Shown piece by piece: positions 38,734-48,391 of a stretch of DNA of 64,000 bases. The notes beneath the pieces are model-generated. The model was not told the origin of the DNA, searched no databases, and worked only from the letters and a program-made list of their open reading frames with translations. The stretch comes from Acidobacteriota bacterium. GTDB taxonomy: Bacteria; Acidobacteriota; Terriglobia; Terriglobales; SCQP01. Numbering within the stretch: position 1 is the stretch's first letter; every line of letters begins with the position of its first letter. A program made the position numbers and the translations under genes. The DNA is taken from NCBI GenBank assembly GCA_021826505.1, contig JAKAZV010000001.1, positions 34,713-98,712 of the forward strand, in the 5' to 3' direction.

Positions 38734-39510
38734 ATGCTGCCCGTGGATGTGGTTCCCATACAGGATTTCGGGGCGAAAGCCGCCGATCATCTCGCTTCGG
38801 TTTTGCGCCGCAAAGCCGAGGCGGTTATTGGCTTTCCCACCGGCAATACGCCCTTGCCGTTATATCAGGAATTATTATCCCGTCAGGCGAAAGGCCAAAT
38901 TGCGCTCGGTCAGATGCGGGCCGTGATGCTCGATGATTATCTCGGCGCCCGTCCCGATCAGGAAATCAGTTTTCGCAATTGGCTCGACCGCCATTTATTC
39001 GTGCCGGCCGGCCTCGATCCCCGGCGCATACTGCCGATTCCCACCCAGCCGCAAAACATTGCTGCGGATTGCCGCGATTACGAAAACCGCCTGAACGCCT
39101 GGGGCGGCTGCGATCTGCTCTTTCTGGGCTTGGGCTTGAATGGGCATGTCGGCTTTAATGAGCCCGGCGCCGATCCCGATTCCATCACCCATGTCACCCC
39201 CCTCAGCCAGATCTCCCGGCAAGTCAATGCCGCGTATTGGAAGCATGGCTCGCTGTCGGCTGATTCGGTGCCCGAGTATGGCGTCACCATGGGGCTGGGC
39301 ACCATTCTGCGGGCGCGGGAAATCATTCTGCTGGTGCGGGGCGCGGAAAAAGCCGGCATATTGGCCCGGACTTTGCAAGCGGAAATCACGCCCGCCATCC
39401 CCGCCAGCTTGTTGCGCCGGCACGCCCGCGCGCGCGTGCTCTGCGATGTTGCGGCCGCGGGCGAGCTCAAGCCGTCTCCGCCGCAGCGGGCTCAGGAAGT
39501 CGAATCATGA
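38734..39510 (+). CDS. nagB: glucosamine-6-phosphate deaminase
   Basis: GFPTGNTP..LY, LDDY, LGLGLNGHVGFNEPG, GVTMGLGTIL. Confidence 0.85.
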   Translation: MLPVDVVPIQDFGAKAADHLASVLRRKAEAVIGFPTGNTPLPLYQELLSRQAKGQIALGQMRAVMLDDYLGARPDQEISFRNWLDRHLFVPAGLDPRRILPIPTQPQNIAADCRDYENRLNAWGGCDLLFLGLGLNGHVGFNEPGADPDSITHVTPLSQISRQVNAAYWKHGSLSADSVPEYGVTMGLGTILRAREIILLVRGAEKAGILARTLQAEITPAIPASLLRRHARARVLCDVAAAGELKPSPPQRAQEVES

Positions 39511-40865
39511 AGCTTCCGGTTTCCACTGCCCCGGCGCCGGATGCGGCTTCCATGCAATGCATCGCCTGCGGCCGGGTTCAAGCCGATCCCGGCGGCTGGT
39601 ATCAATGCGCGGCCTGCGGCGATCTTCTGGAACTTATTCCGCCGCAAGCGCCATCTGCGGCCACAGTACAATCCTGGCCCGCTCTGTGGCGGTCGCGCCG
39701 CGATTCCCGGCTCGCCGAGGATCTGAGCGGCGTCTGGCGCTTCCGCGAATTGCTGCCGCATTTCCCCCTGGCGCCGCGCGGCATCGTGACCTTGCGCGAA
39801 GGCAACACTCCGCTTTACGACTTGCCCCGGCTGGCGCGGGCCGCCGGCGTCGCCGCCGTCTGGGCCAAGCATCAGGGCATGAACCCTACCGGCTCCTTTA
39901 AGGATTTGGGCATGACCGTCGCGGTCACCCGGGCCCAGGCTTTGGGAGCGCAATGGGTGGCGTGCGCCTCTACCGGCAACACCTCGGCTTCCATGGCCGC
40001 CTACGCCGCCCAGGCCGGCCTGCGCAGTCTGGTATTGATTCCCGCGGGAAAAATTGCCTGGGGCAAGCTGGCGCAAAGCCTCGATTACGGCGCCCTGACC
40101 TGCCAGTTGGATACCGATTTTGACGGCTGTGTGAGGATTTTACGCGAGCTGGTTCGCCGGGCGCCGGTCTATGTCGTCAATTCCATCAACCCTTACCGGG
40201 TTGAAGGCCAGAAAATCATGGCCGCCGAAATTCTCGAGCAGATGGCCTGGCAGTCTCCCGATCACATTCTGATTCCCGGCGGCAACCTGGCCAACAGCTC
40301 CGCGTTGGGCAAGGGCTGGCTGGAGCTTGCCGCCCTGGGGCTCGCCGCTAAAATTCCCCGCATTTCCATCGTTCAGGCGGAAGGCGCCAGCCCGCTGGTG
40401 GATTGCTGGCGCGACTGGAAGGGGGAAAAACTTCAGCCCCGGCCGGCCCGGACGCTGGCCACCGCCATTCAAATCGGCAATCCCGCTTCCTGGAAAAAAG
40501 CCGTGCGCGTGCTGCGCTCGACCGGCGGCGAATGCCTCGCCGTCAATGAAATGGAAATTGCCCAGGCCAAGGCGGAAATTGGCCGCCAGGGCATTGGCTG
40601 CGAGCCGGCATCGGCGGTGACCTGGGCGGGCGCGAAAAAACTCATCCACTCGGGCTGGATTCAGCCCGGCCAGAGCGTCATGCTGATCCTTACCGGACAC
40701 ACCTTGAAAGACGCCGAATATATTCTCGGATTTCACCGCGGTGAAATCCCCGGCCCGGAATCCGGCTCCCAGGCCGCCCTGGCCGGCTTGCGTCATCCTC
40801 CCCGGCAACTGCCGGCAACGGTCGAGGCCGTGGCCGCGGCGCTCGAAACCGCCGGCAGACCTTAA
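39507..40865 (+). CDS. thrC: threonine synthase
   Basis: NPTGSFKD, CASTGNTSAS, NSINPYR.EGQK, LTGH.LKD; operonic with thrB and hom. Confidence 0.93.
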   Translation: MKLPVSTAPAPDAASMQCIACGRVQADPGGWYQCAACGDLLELIPPQAPSAATVQSWPALWRSRRDSRLAEDLSGVWRFRELLPHFPLAPRGIVTLREGNTPLYDLPRLARAAGVAAVWAKHQGMNPTGSFKDLGMTVAVTRAQALGAQWVACASTGNTSASMAAYAAQAGLRSLVLIPAGKIAWGKLAQSLDYGALTCQLDTDFDGCVRILRELVRRAPVYVVNSINPYRVEGQKIMAAEILEQMAWQSPDHILIPGGNLANSSALGKGWLELAALGLAAKIPRISIVQAEGASPLVDCWRDWKGEKLQPRPARTLATAIQIGNPASWKKAVRVLRSTGGECLAVNEMEIAQAKAEIGRQGIGCEPASAVTWAGAKKLIHSGWIQPGQSVMLILTGHTLKDAEYILGFHRGEIPGPESGSQAALAGLRHPPRQLPATVEAVAAALETAGRP

Positions 40866-40880
40866 AATATTTAAACGCCT

Positions 40881-41831
40881 ATGCCCCGCACCCCGGCTCC
40901 ATTCCGCATGAAATTTCCCGCCACCTCGGCCAACCTTGGCCCGGGCTTCGATTGCCTGGCCCTGGCGCTGCGGTTTCATCTCTCGATCCAGGCCCGGCCG
41001 GCGGCGCAATGGAAGCTGACCGCGCGGGGCGAAAGCCCGGCGCTCTGCGGCAGCCTCACCTCCAATCTCATCGTAGATGTCTATCAGTACCTGCTGCTGC
41101 GGCAGGGAATCAATCCCCATCCCTTGCATCTGGAAATTCACAATAAAATTCCCATCGGAAAAGGCTGCGGCTCATCCGCCGCCGCCCGGCTGGCGGCCAT
41201 CACTCTGGCCGTGCATTTCGGCAACCTGGCCTGGTCGGACGATGAAATCCTGCTCGAAGCCTCCCGCCTCGAGGGCCACGGCGATAACGTGGCTGCCTGC
41301 TGGCTCGGCGGCCTGGTGGCCTGGTTCGGGGGCGGAAGCCATCCCGGCCGTCCTCATGGCTGGGCAATGCTGGAATCCCGCGCCTCATGGCCCCTGGTCG
41401 TCGCCATTCCCGCCCAGGCGTTGCCTACCGAAAAAGCCCGCCAGGTTTTGCCGGCGCAGTACGCCCGTGAGGATGCCATCCTCAATCTGCAAAATTCCAT
41501 CTTGTTTGCCCTGGCCTGGCGCCGGCGGCGCCCGGAACTATTGGCGCAGGCCATGCAGGACCGCTGGCACGAGCCTTATCGCGAAGCGCTCTGTCCGCTC
41601 CTGCCGGCGCTTAAAAATCTGGCCGGCTCCCATGGCATCGCGGGCGTGGCCTTGAGCGGCGCCGGTCCCAGCGTCTTATTGGTTCTGCGCAGCCAGGCGG
41701 CGCGCCTCAAAGCGCTTCCGGCCATTCGCCGGACCCTTCAGGCCGCCGGGCTGGAAGCGCGCCTGCTCACGACCGAGCTCGAAGCCCAGGGCGCGGTGCG
41801 CGGCTGGCGCCGGCGCGCGCGGAAAGGATAA
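40881..41831 (+). CDS. thrB: homoserine kinase
   Basis: PATSANLGPGFD, IPIGKGCGSSAAA, EGH.DN, SGAGPS. Confidence 0.95.
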   Translation: MPRTPAPFRMKFPATSANLGPGFDCLALALRFHLSIQARPAAQWKLTARGESPALCGSLTSNLIVDVYQYLLLRQGINPHPLHLEIHNKIPIGKGCGSSAAARLAAITLAVHFGNLAWSDDEILLEASRLEGHGDNVAACWLGGLVAWFGGGSHPGRPHGWAMLESRASWPLVVAIPAQALPTEKARQVLPAQYAREDAILNLQNSILFALAWRRRRPELLAQAMQDRWHEPYREALCPLLPALKNLAGSHGIAGVALSGAGPSVLLVLRSQAARLKALPAIRRTLQAAGLEARLLTTELEAQGAVRGWRRRARKG

Positions 41832-41838
41832 ACCCACC

Positions 41839-43119
41839 GTGACCCAGACAATCGGGGTTGGCATCATTGGTTACGGCACCGTCGGACAGGCCAGCGCGCG
41901 CATTCTCCGCGAGCACGCCGCCGAGCTGGCCGCGCGCGCCGGCGCGCCGATTGAGGTGCGGGCCATCTGCCGCCGCACGCCCGTGCCCGAGTCGCCTTGG
42001 CCCTATTACAGCGATTGGCGTCAGGTCGTCTCCAACCCCGAAGTTGCCGTCGTGGTCGAGACCATGGGTGGCACGGGCGAGGCCCGCCAGGCCGTGCATG
42101 CCGCTCTGGCCGCCGGCAAACCGGTCGTCACCGCCAATAAAAACCTGATCGCCCGGCATGGCGACGAGATCTTCGCCTACGCCGCCAGCCGCAATCTGCC
42201 CATTGGCATGGAGGCCTCGGTCGCCGGCGGCCTGCCCGTAATTCGCGCCATCGCCGAAGGCACCGCCGCCGACCGGCTGAGCTCGATTCGCGGCATTTTG
42301 AACGGCACCACCAACTACATCCTCAGCCGTATGGAGGCCTCCGGCCTCGACTTTGCCGAGGCTCTGCGTGCCGCGCAATCCGCCGGCTATGCGGAATCCG
42401 ATCCGGCCATGGACATCAGCGGCCAGGACGCCCGCGACAAGCTCTGCATTTTATCCCGCCTCGGCTTCGGCCTGCCTTTGCCCGCCGAGGAAATCCCCAT
42501 GCGGGGCATCGCCGCCATTAACGCCGTGGATATTCAATACGCGCGCCAGTTGGGCCGCAAAATCCGCTCCCTGGCCGTGGCGGAATGGGTCGGGGAAATC
42601 CTCGAAGTCTCCGTCGGCCCCTGGCTGCTGCCCCAGGAATCATCTCTGGCCAAGGTGGAGGGGGTCAATAACGCGGTTCTGCTGCAAGGCGATAACATCG
42701 GCGAACAGATTCTGCAGGGCCCCGGCGCGGGCGGCGCGGCCACCGGCGTGGCCGTGGTCTCCGATGTTCTCGACATCGCCGCCATGCTGGTTTCCGGCCA
42801 TCTGGGCGTGCGCCCCATGCCGGGCTTTGCCTGCGCCGCAGCCGCGCCCTGGAGCGGTCTATCCTCTCATTCCGGCTGGTATCTGCGCCTGACCATTCAG
42901 GATGACCGGCCCGGCATTCTGGCCCGCGTCGCCGAGCTGATTGCCCGTGAAGGCATCAATATTGATTCCGTGGTGCAGGCGCCGCACATGGGCAAATCCC
43001 GCTTATCGTTCGTGATTACGGTCGAACCCGTGGACGAGGCCCGCCTGCGCCGCGCCCTCGAGCACATCAACGCCTGCGAGTTCATGCTCGAACCCGCCCT
43101 CGCCCTGCGCATCGGCTAG
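41839..43119 (+). CDS. hom: homoserine dehydrogenase with C-terminal ACT domain
   Basis: GYGTVG, VVTANK, EASVAGGLP, GILNGTTNYIL, GPGAGG..T, DRPGILA. Confidence 0.95.
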   Translation: MTQTIGVGIIGYGTVGQASARILREHAAELAARAGAPIEVRAICRRTPVPESPWPYYSDWRQVVSNPEVAVVVETMGGTGEARQAVHAALAAGKPVVTANKNLIARHGDEIFAYAASRNLPIGMEASVAGGLPVIRAIAEGTAADRLSSIRGILNGTTNYILSRMEASGLDFAEALRAAQSAGYAESDPAMDISGQDARDKLCILSRLGFGLPLPAEEIPMRGIAAINAVDIQYARQLGRKIRSLAVAEWVGEILEVSVGPWLLPQESSLAKVEGVNNAVLLQGDNIGEQILQGPGAGGAATGVAVVSDVLDIAAMLVSGHLGVRPMPGFACAAAAPWSGLSSHSGWYLRLTIQDDRPGILARVAELIAREGINIDSVVQAPHMGKSRLSFVITVEPVDEARLRRALEHINACEFMLEPALALRIG

Positions 43120-43138
43120 ACGCCCTAGAACCTGTCTC

Positions 43139-43610
43139 CTAAATGGTGCATAGCATCAAATCAGGGTAGGTTTGCGGCTTTTCCAGCCCGTCGGATGTGA
43201 TTTTGATGTTGGCCGGCTTGAGATCGCGATGAATGACGCCTTGATCATGGGCATACGCCAGGGCGTCGCATATCTGGCGGACGAGAGGCAGGGCATCGTC
43301 CCAGGCCAGGGGGCCGGTTTTAATGCGGTCTTCGAGCGTCTCGCCCGCGACCAGCTCCATGATCAGCGTTTTCCTCAACCCCATAGATGGCGGCTACATG
43401 CGGGTGATTGAGCGAGGCCAATACCTGGGCCTCGCGGCGGAAACGGGCCAGACGCGCGGGATCGTTGGCAACGGGTGCGGGCAGTAGTTTGACGGCAACT
43501 TCCCGGTTCAGTCTGGTGTCGGTTGCCTGCCAGACTTCGCCCATGCCGCCTTCACCCAATTTTACGCCGAGGTGATAATGTCCAAGAGTGCGTTGATGAA
43601 TTGTCGCCAT
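43139..43610 (-). pseudogene. frameshifted, truncated Hanks-type Ser/Thr kinase
   Basis: GEGGMGEVW..VAVK..RFRREA..L.HP in one frame; [13 protein letters not shown] in another (shift near 43366); homology stops before DFG. Confidence 0.88.
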
Positions 43611-43621
43611 GAATGCAACAA

Positions 43622-44752
43622 TTATGCACTATCCAACCGGGTTAATTTCCTCATGATACTTTCTGTCTCCCGCGGTCCTGCCTGCTTGCGGTATACCCTC
43701 CAATATTCCTCCGCCATCCGCCGCGCCTGAAAATTCTGTTCCGCATGCCGGCGGCACCTTGCGGGGTTAATCCGGGCGAGTTCGCCGCTGCGCTGCCGCA
43801 GCTCATCCAGGTCGTTTCCCAGAATTCCGGTCACGCCGTCGCGCACAATTTCCGCCAGCGCTCCCCGCGCCAGCGCCAGCACCGGCGTGCCGCTGGCGGC
43901 GGCTTCCATCGCGATCAGCGAGCTTGGTTCCGCGGTCTGGCTGGTCACCACCACCGCGGCCGCCTGGCTCAGCAGGTCCCGCTTGCGTTTCCAGCCGGGG
44001 CAGGGAACCAGGGTGCGTTCGCTGTCGAGCCGGGGCCGAATCTGCCGGTGAAAATATTCCTCATGGCTGGGAAATGGATACACGCCGCCGGCCAATATAA
44101 GCCGACGGTTCATGCTTCGCGCCAGATCCATCGCCAGATGCGGCGCCTTTTCCGGACATATCCGCCCCAGATATAGCCAATACGCTTGTTTGCGCCGTTG
44201 CCAGTCAAAGTCATCCACCGCGATTCCATTCGCCGCGCAATCTGGCGCCGGCCAGGCAAGTGCAGACATGGTTTCCCACCATGTTTTCTGCTGCCATTGG
44301 CTCACGCAGACAAAATGGACCGGTTTGAGTGATGCGTTATCCCAGACCGCCGGATATAACTCCCGCGCCATATGGAGAGTAAAAATCACCGGCCGTCCCC
44401 AACTCAAAGCCCAGCCGGCCATCTCCAGCGGCCCATGAATATGAACCAGATCAAAATCATGACCTCGGGCCCACGCATCCCCCATGGCCCATGCCGCCGC
44501 TAATGCCGCTTGTATATTCCCTTCGTTCATGAGCGCGTTCGGCCGCTCGTCGAAACAAAGCAATAATTTTCCTGGCACGCGGCTGCCCGCCGCGGCACAG
44601 GTGGTCAATTCCAGGCCGGGGTCCAACTCCGGCAATGAACGCAGCAAATTCCACGCCACCTGTTCCGCGCCGCCGCAGGCGTCGCGGCGCAGAGGAATCA
44701 GCGGGTAGGTCAGCGTTAATATGCGCAACGGTTTTTTTATCGCATGCTTCAT
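43622..44752 (-). CDS. GT4 glycosyltransferase
   Basis: GGAEQV, LGRICPEK, EP..L.AMEAAASGTPV...RGAL.EIV.DG.TG; ATGA overlap with the upstream gene. Confidence 0.9.
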   Translation of the reverse strand: MKHAIKKPLRILTLTYPLIPLRRDACGGAEQVAWNLLRSLPELDPGLELTTCAAAGSRVPGKLLLCFDERPNALMNEGNIQAALAAAWAMGDAWARGHDFDLVHIHGPLEMAGWALSWGRPVIFTLHMARELYPAVWDNASLKPVHFVCVSQWQQKTWWETMSALAWPAPDCAANGIAVDDFDWQRRKQAYWLYLGRICPEKAPHLAMDLARSMNRRLILAGGVYPFPSHEEYFHRQIRPRLDSERTLVPCPGWKRKRDLLSQAAAVVVTSQTAEPSSLIAMEAAASGTPVLALARGALAEIVRDGVTGILGNDLDELRQRSGELARINPARCRRHAEQNFQARRMAEEYWRVYRKQAGPRETESIMRKLTRLDSA

Positions 44753-45531
44753 GGCCGTGCCGCTTGCCGCGCCAGAAAATCGTGAAATTGCCGGCTCAAC
44801 TTTCGCGGCCGCATATTCCAGCCCCACAATTCCCAGGCATACCCTTGTTCCGGCGTTTTCGAATAGTCATATTGCGGCAGGGTCCGCACCGATTCCGGGG
44901 CCAGGGGAAATGGTTTTAAGGTCTGCGCCTGGGACCGGTATTGTCTGAATGCCTTGCGTTTGCGGGCCCAGTCTTCTGGCAAAATATGAAGTCTTGGTTT
45001 CCGTCCCGCCAGCGCCGGCAGGTAACAGATATGATTGCCTTCGCGGGCATAGAGCGAATATTCCAGAAATCGCCGGTTCGCCGCGTTCCCTGCTTGCTCC
45101 ACATACCCGCGCAGCGCCGTGTTCAGGCAGTTGCAGGCATCGTGATCCGGGTGTCCGCCTTGCAAAGCCGGCGCCAGCACCCAATGCGGATGCCATTCCA
45201 GCCACAGTTCCTTCAAAATCTGCCAGGCCGCCGCCAGATTCGCCGCCAGTTCCTGATCGCGAATCCGCCCGAAAATGATCTCGCCGGCCGCCAGACCCAG
45301 TTCTTCCGCCGCTTTGTGTGCTTCCCTGCGGCGGGCATGACGATAATCGCGCGCGCTTCCCAGCCAGTTGGCGGCGATAAATTTCCGGTTGCGCGGCGTT
45401 CCATCGGTCAAAAATAGAATCTTCACGCTATGGCCGGCGCGCCGCCAGGCTGCGATATGCGCTCCCACCCCGATGGTTTCGTCATCACAATGGGCAGATA
45501 AAACCAGAATCCGCATGAATTTGCGATACAT
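44749..45531 (-). CDS. PIG-L/LmbE family deacetylase
   Basis: AHCDDE, TDG, RRREA, GHPDHD, Y.SQ. Confidence 0.9.
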   Translation of the reverse strand: MYRKFMRILVLSAHCDDETIGVGAHIAAWRRAGHSVKILFLTDGTPRNRKFIAANWLGSARDYRHARRREAHKAAEELGLAAGEIIFGRIRDQELAANLAAAWQILKELWLEWHPHWVLAPALQGGHPDHDACNCLNTALRGYVEQAGNAANRRFLEYSLYAREGNHICYLPALAGRKPRLHILPEDWARKRKAFRQYRSQAQTLKPFPLAPESVRTLPQYDYSKTPEQGYAWELWGWNMRPRKLSRQFHDFLARQAARP

Positions 45532-45579
45532 TGATCCATTGCAGCATTGAGGTTGATATCCCCAAACCAGGCCTCACCT

Positions 45580-46962
45580 ATGGCAAATTTGACCCCGGAT
45601 GTTACCGCGATCGTTCAAGCCAGCCGCGAGTCCCTGCTCGGGCGGCTCAGTGATTTTCTCCGCATCCCCAGTGTCAGCACGCTGCCCGAGCATCGTGCCG
45701 GGGTCATGCAAGCCGCCGAATTTGTCCGCCTGCGGCTGCTCGATGCCGGCCTGGAAAACGTGCGTTTAATCCCCACCGAGGGCCATCCCCTGGTGTATGG
45801 CGATTGGATGCACGCCCCCGGCCAGCCGGTGATCCTTTGCTATGGACATTACGATGTTCAGCCCGCCGATCCCCTGGCCGAATGGAGGCATCCGCCTTTC
45901 GAGCCCACCGTCATCGGCTCGGATATTTTTGCCCGTGGCGCCACCGATAATAAAGGCCAGATTCTGGCGCATATCGAAGCCGCCGCGCTGCTGCTCAGGA
46001 ACTTTGGCCGGCTCCCGGTCAATCTGCGCTTTGTGATCGAAGGGGAAGAAGAAATTGGCAGTTCCGGGCTGCTGCGTTTTCTGCATGAGCATGCGGGTGA
46101 GCTGGCCTGCGACGCCGTGCTGGTCAGCGACAGCGAAATGTTCGCTCCCGATACCCCCTGCCTGGATCTCGGGGTTCGGGGCATGGTCTATGCCGAAGTG
46201 GAAGTGGAAGGAGCAAAGCGCGATCTCCATTCCGGTTTATACGGAGGCGTTGCGCCCAATCCCCTGGAAGCGATCGCGCGCATGATCACGGGATTAAAAG
46301 ACGCGGACGGCCGCATTCTGATTCCCGGCTTTTATGATCGTGTGCAGTCTCCGCATCCCCGGGAAAAGGCCAGTTGGCAAGCCTTGCCCTTTTCCGAAAA
46401 GCATTGGCGCGAGGAATTGGTTCAGGCCCGCGGCCTGCCGGGGGAAAAAGGCTTTGCGGTGCTCGAAAGAGTCTGGGTGCGGCCCACGCTTGAAATTCAC
46501 GGCATCACCGGCGGCTTTATCGGTGCGGGAGCCAAAACCGTGATTCCCGCCCGCGCTTCGGTCAAGCTCAGCCTGCGCCTGGTGCCCGATCAGTCTCCCT
46601 CTCAGGTGGCCGCCAGTCTTGAAGCCGCGGTTCGCTCTTTATTTTCTTCCGATTACACCGTAAATTTCCGGCTCTTGAGCGTGGCCGATCCGGCCGTCAT
46701 GTCCCCGGACACTCCCTTTCATCGCGCCGCCGGCCAGGCTCTGGCCGAGGTCTTTCAGCGTGATGCGGTCTTCATACGCTGCGGCGGCTCGATCCCCATC
46801 GTGCCCGCGTTCATGAGCCAGCTTCATTGTCCGGTGGTGATGATGGGCCTGGCGCTGCCCGACGATGGGCCTCACGCGCCCAACGAAAAATTTCACCTGC
46901 CCAATTTCTATCGTGGCATTGCCGCGGTGGCGGGTTTCTGGCGGGCGGCCGCGAAGGCCTGA
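45580..46962 (+). CDS. M20 family dipeptidase
   Basis: YGHYDVQP, ARGATDNKGQ, EGEEEIGS, DLHSG.YGG, GGSIP, HAPNE. Confidence 0.93.
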   Translation: MANLTPDVTAIVQASRESLLGRLSDFLRIPSVSTLPEHRAGVMQAAEFVRLRLLDAGLENVRLIPTEGHPLVYGDWMHAPGQPVILCYGHYDVQPADPLAEWRHPPFEPTVIGSDIFARGATDNKGQILAHIEAAALLLRNFGRLPVNLRFVIEGEEEIGSSGLLRFLHEHAGELACDAVLVSDSEMFAPDTPCLDLGVRGMVYAEVEVEGAKRDLHSGLYGGVAPNPLEAIARMITGLKDADGRILIPGFYDRVQSPHPREKASWQALPFSEKHWREELVQARGLPGEKGFAVLERVWVRPTLEIHGITGGFIGAGAKTVIPARASVKLSLRLVPDQSPSQVAASLEAAVRSLFSSDYTVNFRLLSVADPAVMSPDTPFHRAAGQALAEVFQRDAVFIRCGGSIPIVPAFMSQLHCPVVMMGLALPDDGPHAPNEKFHLPNFYRGIAAVAGFWRAAAKA

Positions 46963-48233
46963 ACCGCGGCCAGAATTAAACCGAGCGACAGCACCATCAC
47001 CACCCAAAAATCCGCTCCCGCGGCCTGCAGCCATCGTTGGGCCGGGCTGCCGGGAATCAGGGGTATCAGCCCTGCCATGATCGCCGCGCTCCAGAGACAG
47101 ATGCGCGCGATCCATGCGCGAGCCCCGGCATGAAGGTCACGGCTTTGCAGCCAGACGCCCGCGGCCATCGCCGGCCATAGCAGCACGCATAAATCTTCGA
47201 TATGGATAAAAGGGGAAAGCAGAGCCAGCCCGCAGAAGGCCATGCCATCGCATAAAAGCTGACTCTCAGCGCCGGATTCAGCCGCCATATTCCGCATTTT
47301 CCACGCGCCCCAGAGCAGGGCGCAATATCCCAACCCCTCGAGTCCTGTCCAGAGAGCATGCACCATGCCATCGCTGACACACCCGCAGCCCAGAACCGGG
47401 TATCCGATATGTCTTTGTGGTGCGATGCCCCGAACGGGTTGTGATTGCACCGGAACGGCCAGATAGCGGTCCATCACGCCCCGCAATGACTGGCTGGGGT
47501 ACCACAGTGTCTCGCCCTTGGCCGCGGTTTGCCATTCCTGTCCCGCCCATTGCTGCAGTGCTTGCAGGTTGCCCCGCCAGCCAAAATACCCCGCCGGCAG
47601 CAGGCTCAGCAGGAGCGCCGCCAGCAGACCCGCCAGCGCGGCTCGTTTTTTTCTCCGGACTATCCAGTAGGGTAAAAAAAACAGCGGCCACACTTTCATC
47701 GCGATCGCCGTTCCCATCGCCGCACCCGCCGCCCAGGGCCGCTTGTCCGCCGCTAAGAGCGCCATGGCGGTGAGAAAAAATATAAAAAACTGCACGTTGC
47801 CGTAGCGGAATTCAACCAGAATGTAGGTGCCCGCCAGCAGCACCGGCAGCAGCACCGCCCGCCAATTCTGGCCGAGCCATGCCGATACTTTCTTTCGGCC
47901 TTCATAAAGCGGCAGCCGTTCCAGCCCCGCGCGTTGCCTCAACTGCCGGATCAGCCCCAGCAATGCCGCAATTTTCAAGACCGCCCACAGGCTGGCCGCC
48001 CAGCGCATGGGAAGGACGATCCAAGGCAGAAAAATAAATAAAAACACCGGCGGATAGCGGTAGTACATGGGCCAGCCCAGGCCGCTCGCCGGCCCATATA
48101 AAGGCCCGGTCCCATGCAGCAGATTTTCGGCTGACCGGTAATATACGGGAAAATCCACCGGATGCCGCCCCAGCAGATACCCAGCTCCCGCAATGCCGGC
48201 AATCACGCCGGCCCGAATAAGCTTTTTGGCCAT
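46908..48233 (-). CDS. GT87 (DUF2029) membrane glycosyltransferase
   Basis: DF.VYY, YRYPP.F, GNVQ, K..P, QSL; multiple TMs; 55-bp convergent overlap with the dipeptidase. Confidence 0.8.
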   Translation of the reverse strand: MAKKLIRAGVIAGIAGAGYLLGRHPVDFPVYYRSAENLLHGTGPLYGPASGLGWPMYYRYPPVFLFIFLPWIVLPMRWAASLWAVLKIAALLGLIRQLRQRAGLERLPLYEGRKKVSAWLGQNWRAVLLPVLLAGTYILVEFRYGNVQFFIFFLTAMALLAADKRPWAAGAAMGTAIAMKVWPLFFLPYWIVRRKKRAALAGLLAALLLSLLPAGYFGWRGNLQALQQWAGQEWQTAAKGETLWYPSQSLRGVMDRYLAVPVQSQPVRGIAPQRHIGYPVLGCGCVSDGMVHALWTGLEGLGYCALLWGAWKMRNMAAESGAESQLLCDGMAFCGLALLSPFIHIEDLCVLLWPAMAAGVWLQSRDLHAGARAWIARICLWSAAIMAGLIPLIPGSPAQRWLQAAGADFWVVMVLSLGLILAAVQAFAAARQKPATAAMPR

Positions 48234-48391
48234 TGTCCCGTTCCGTCTCATCCAGGGTGCGAGCTGGTTGAATCAAGCATGTTTTCTGTATTGAAATAGG
48301 TTTTAGTATAGGCGCTAAAACTTTGCTTGCACGCCAATGTTAGTTCACGTACATTTACTATGCTGTTACCGCGGTCGGCCTTGAGCCTTGC

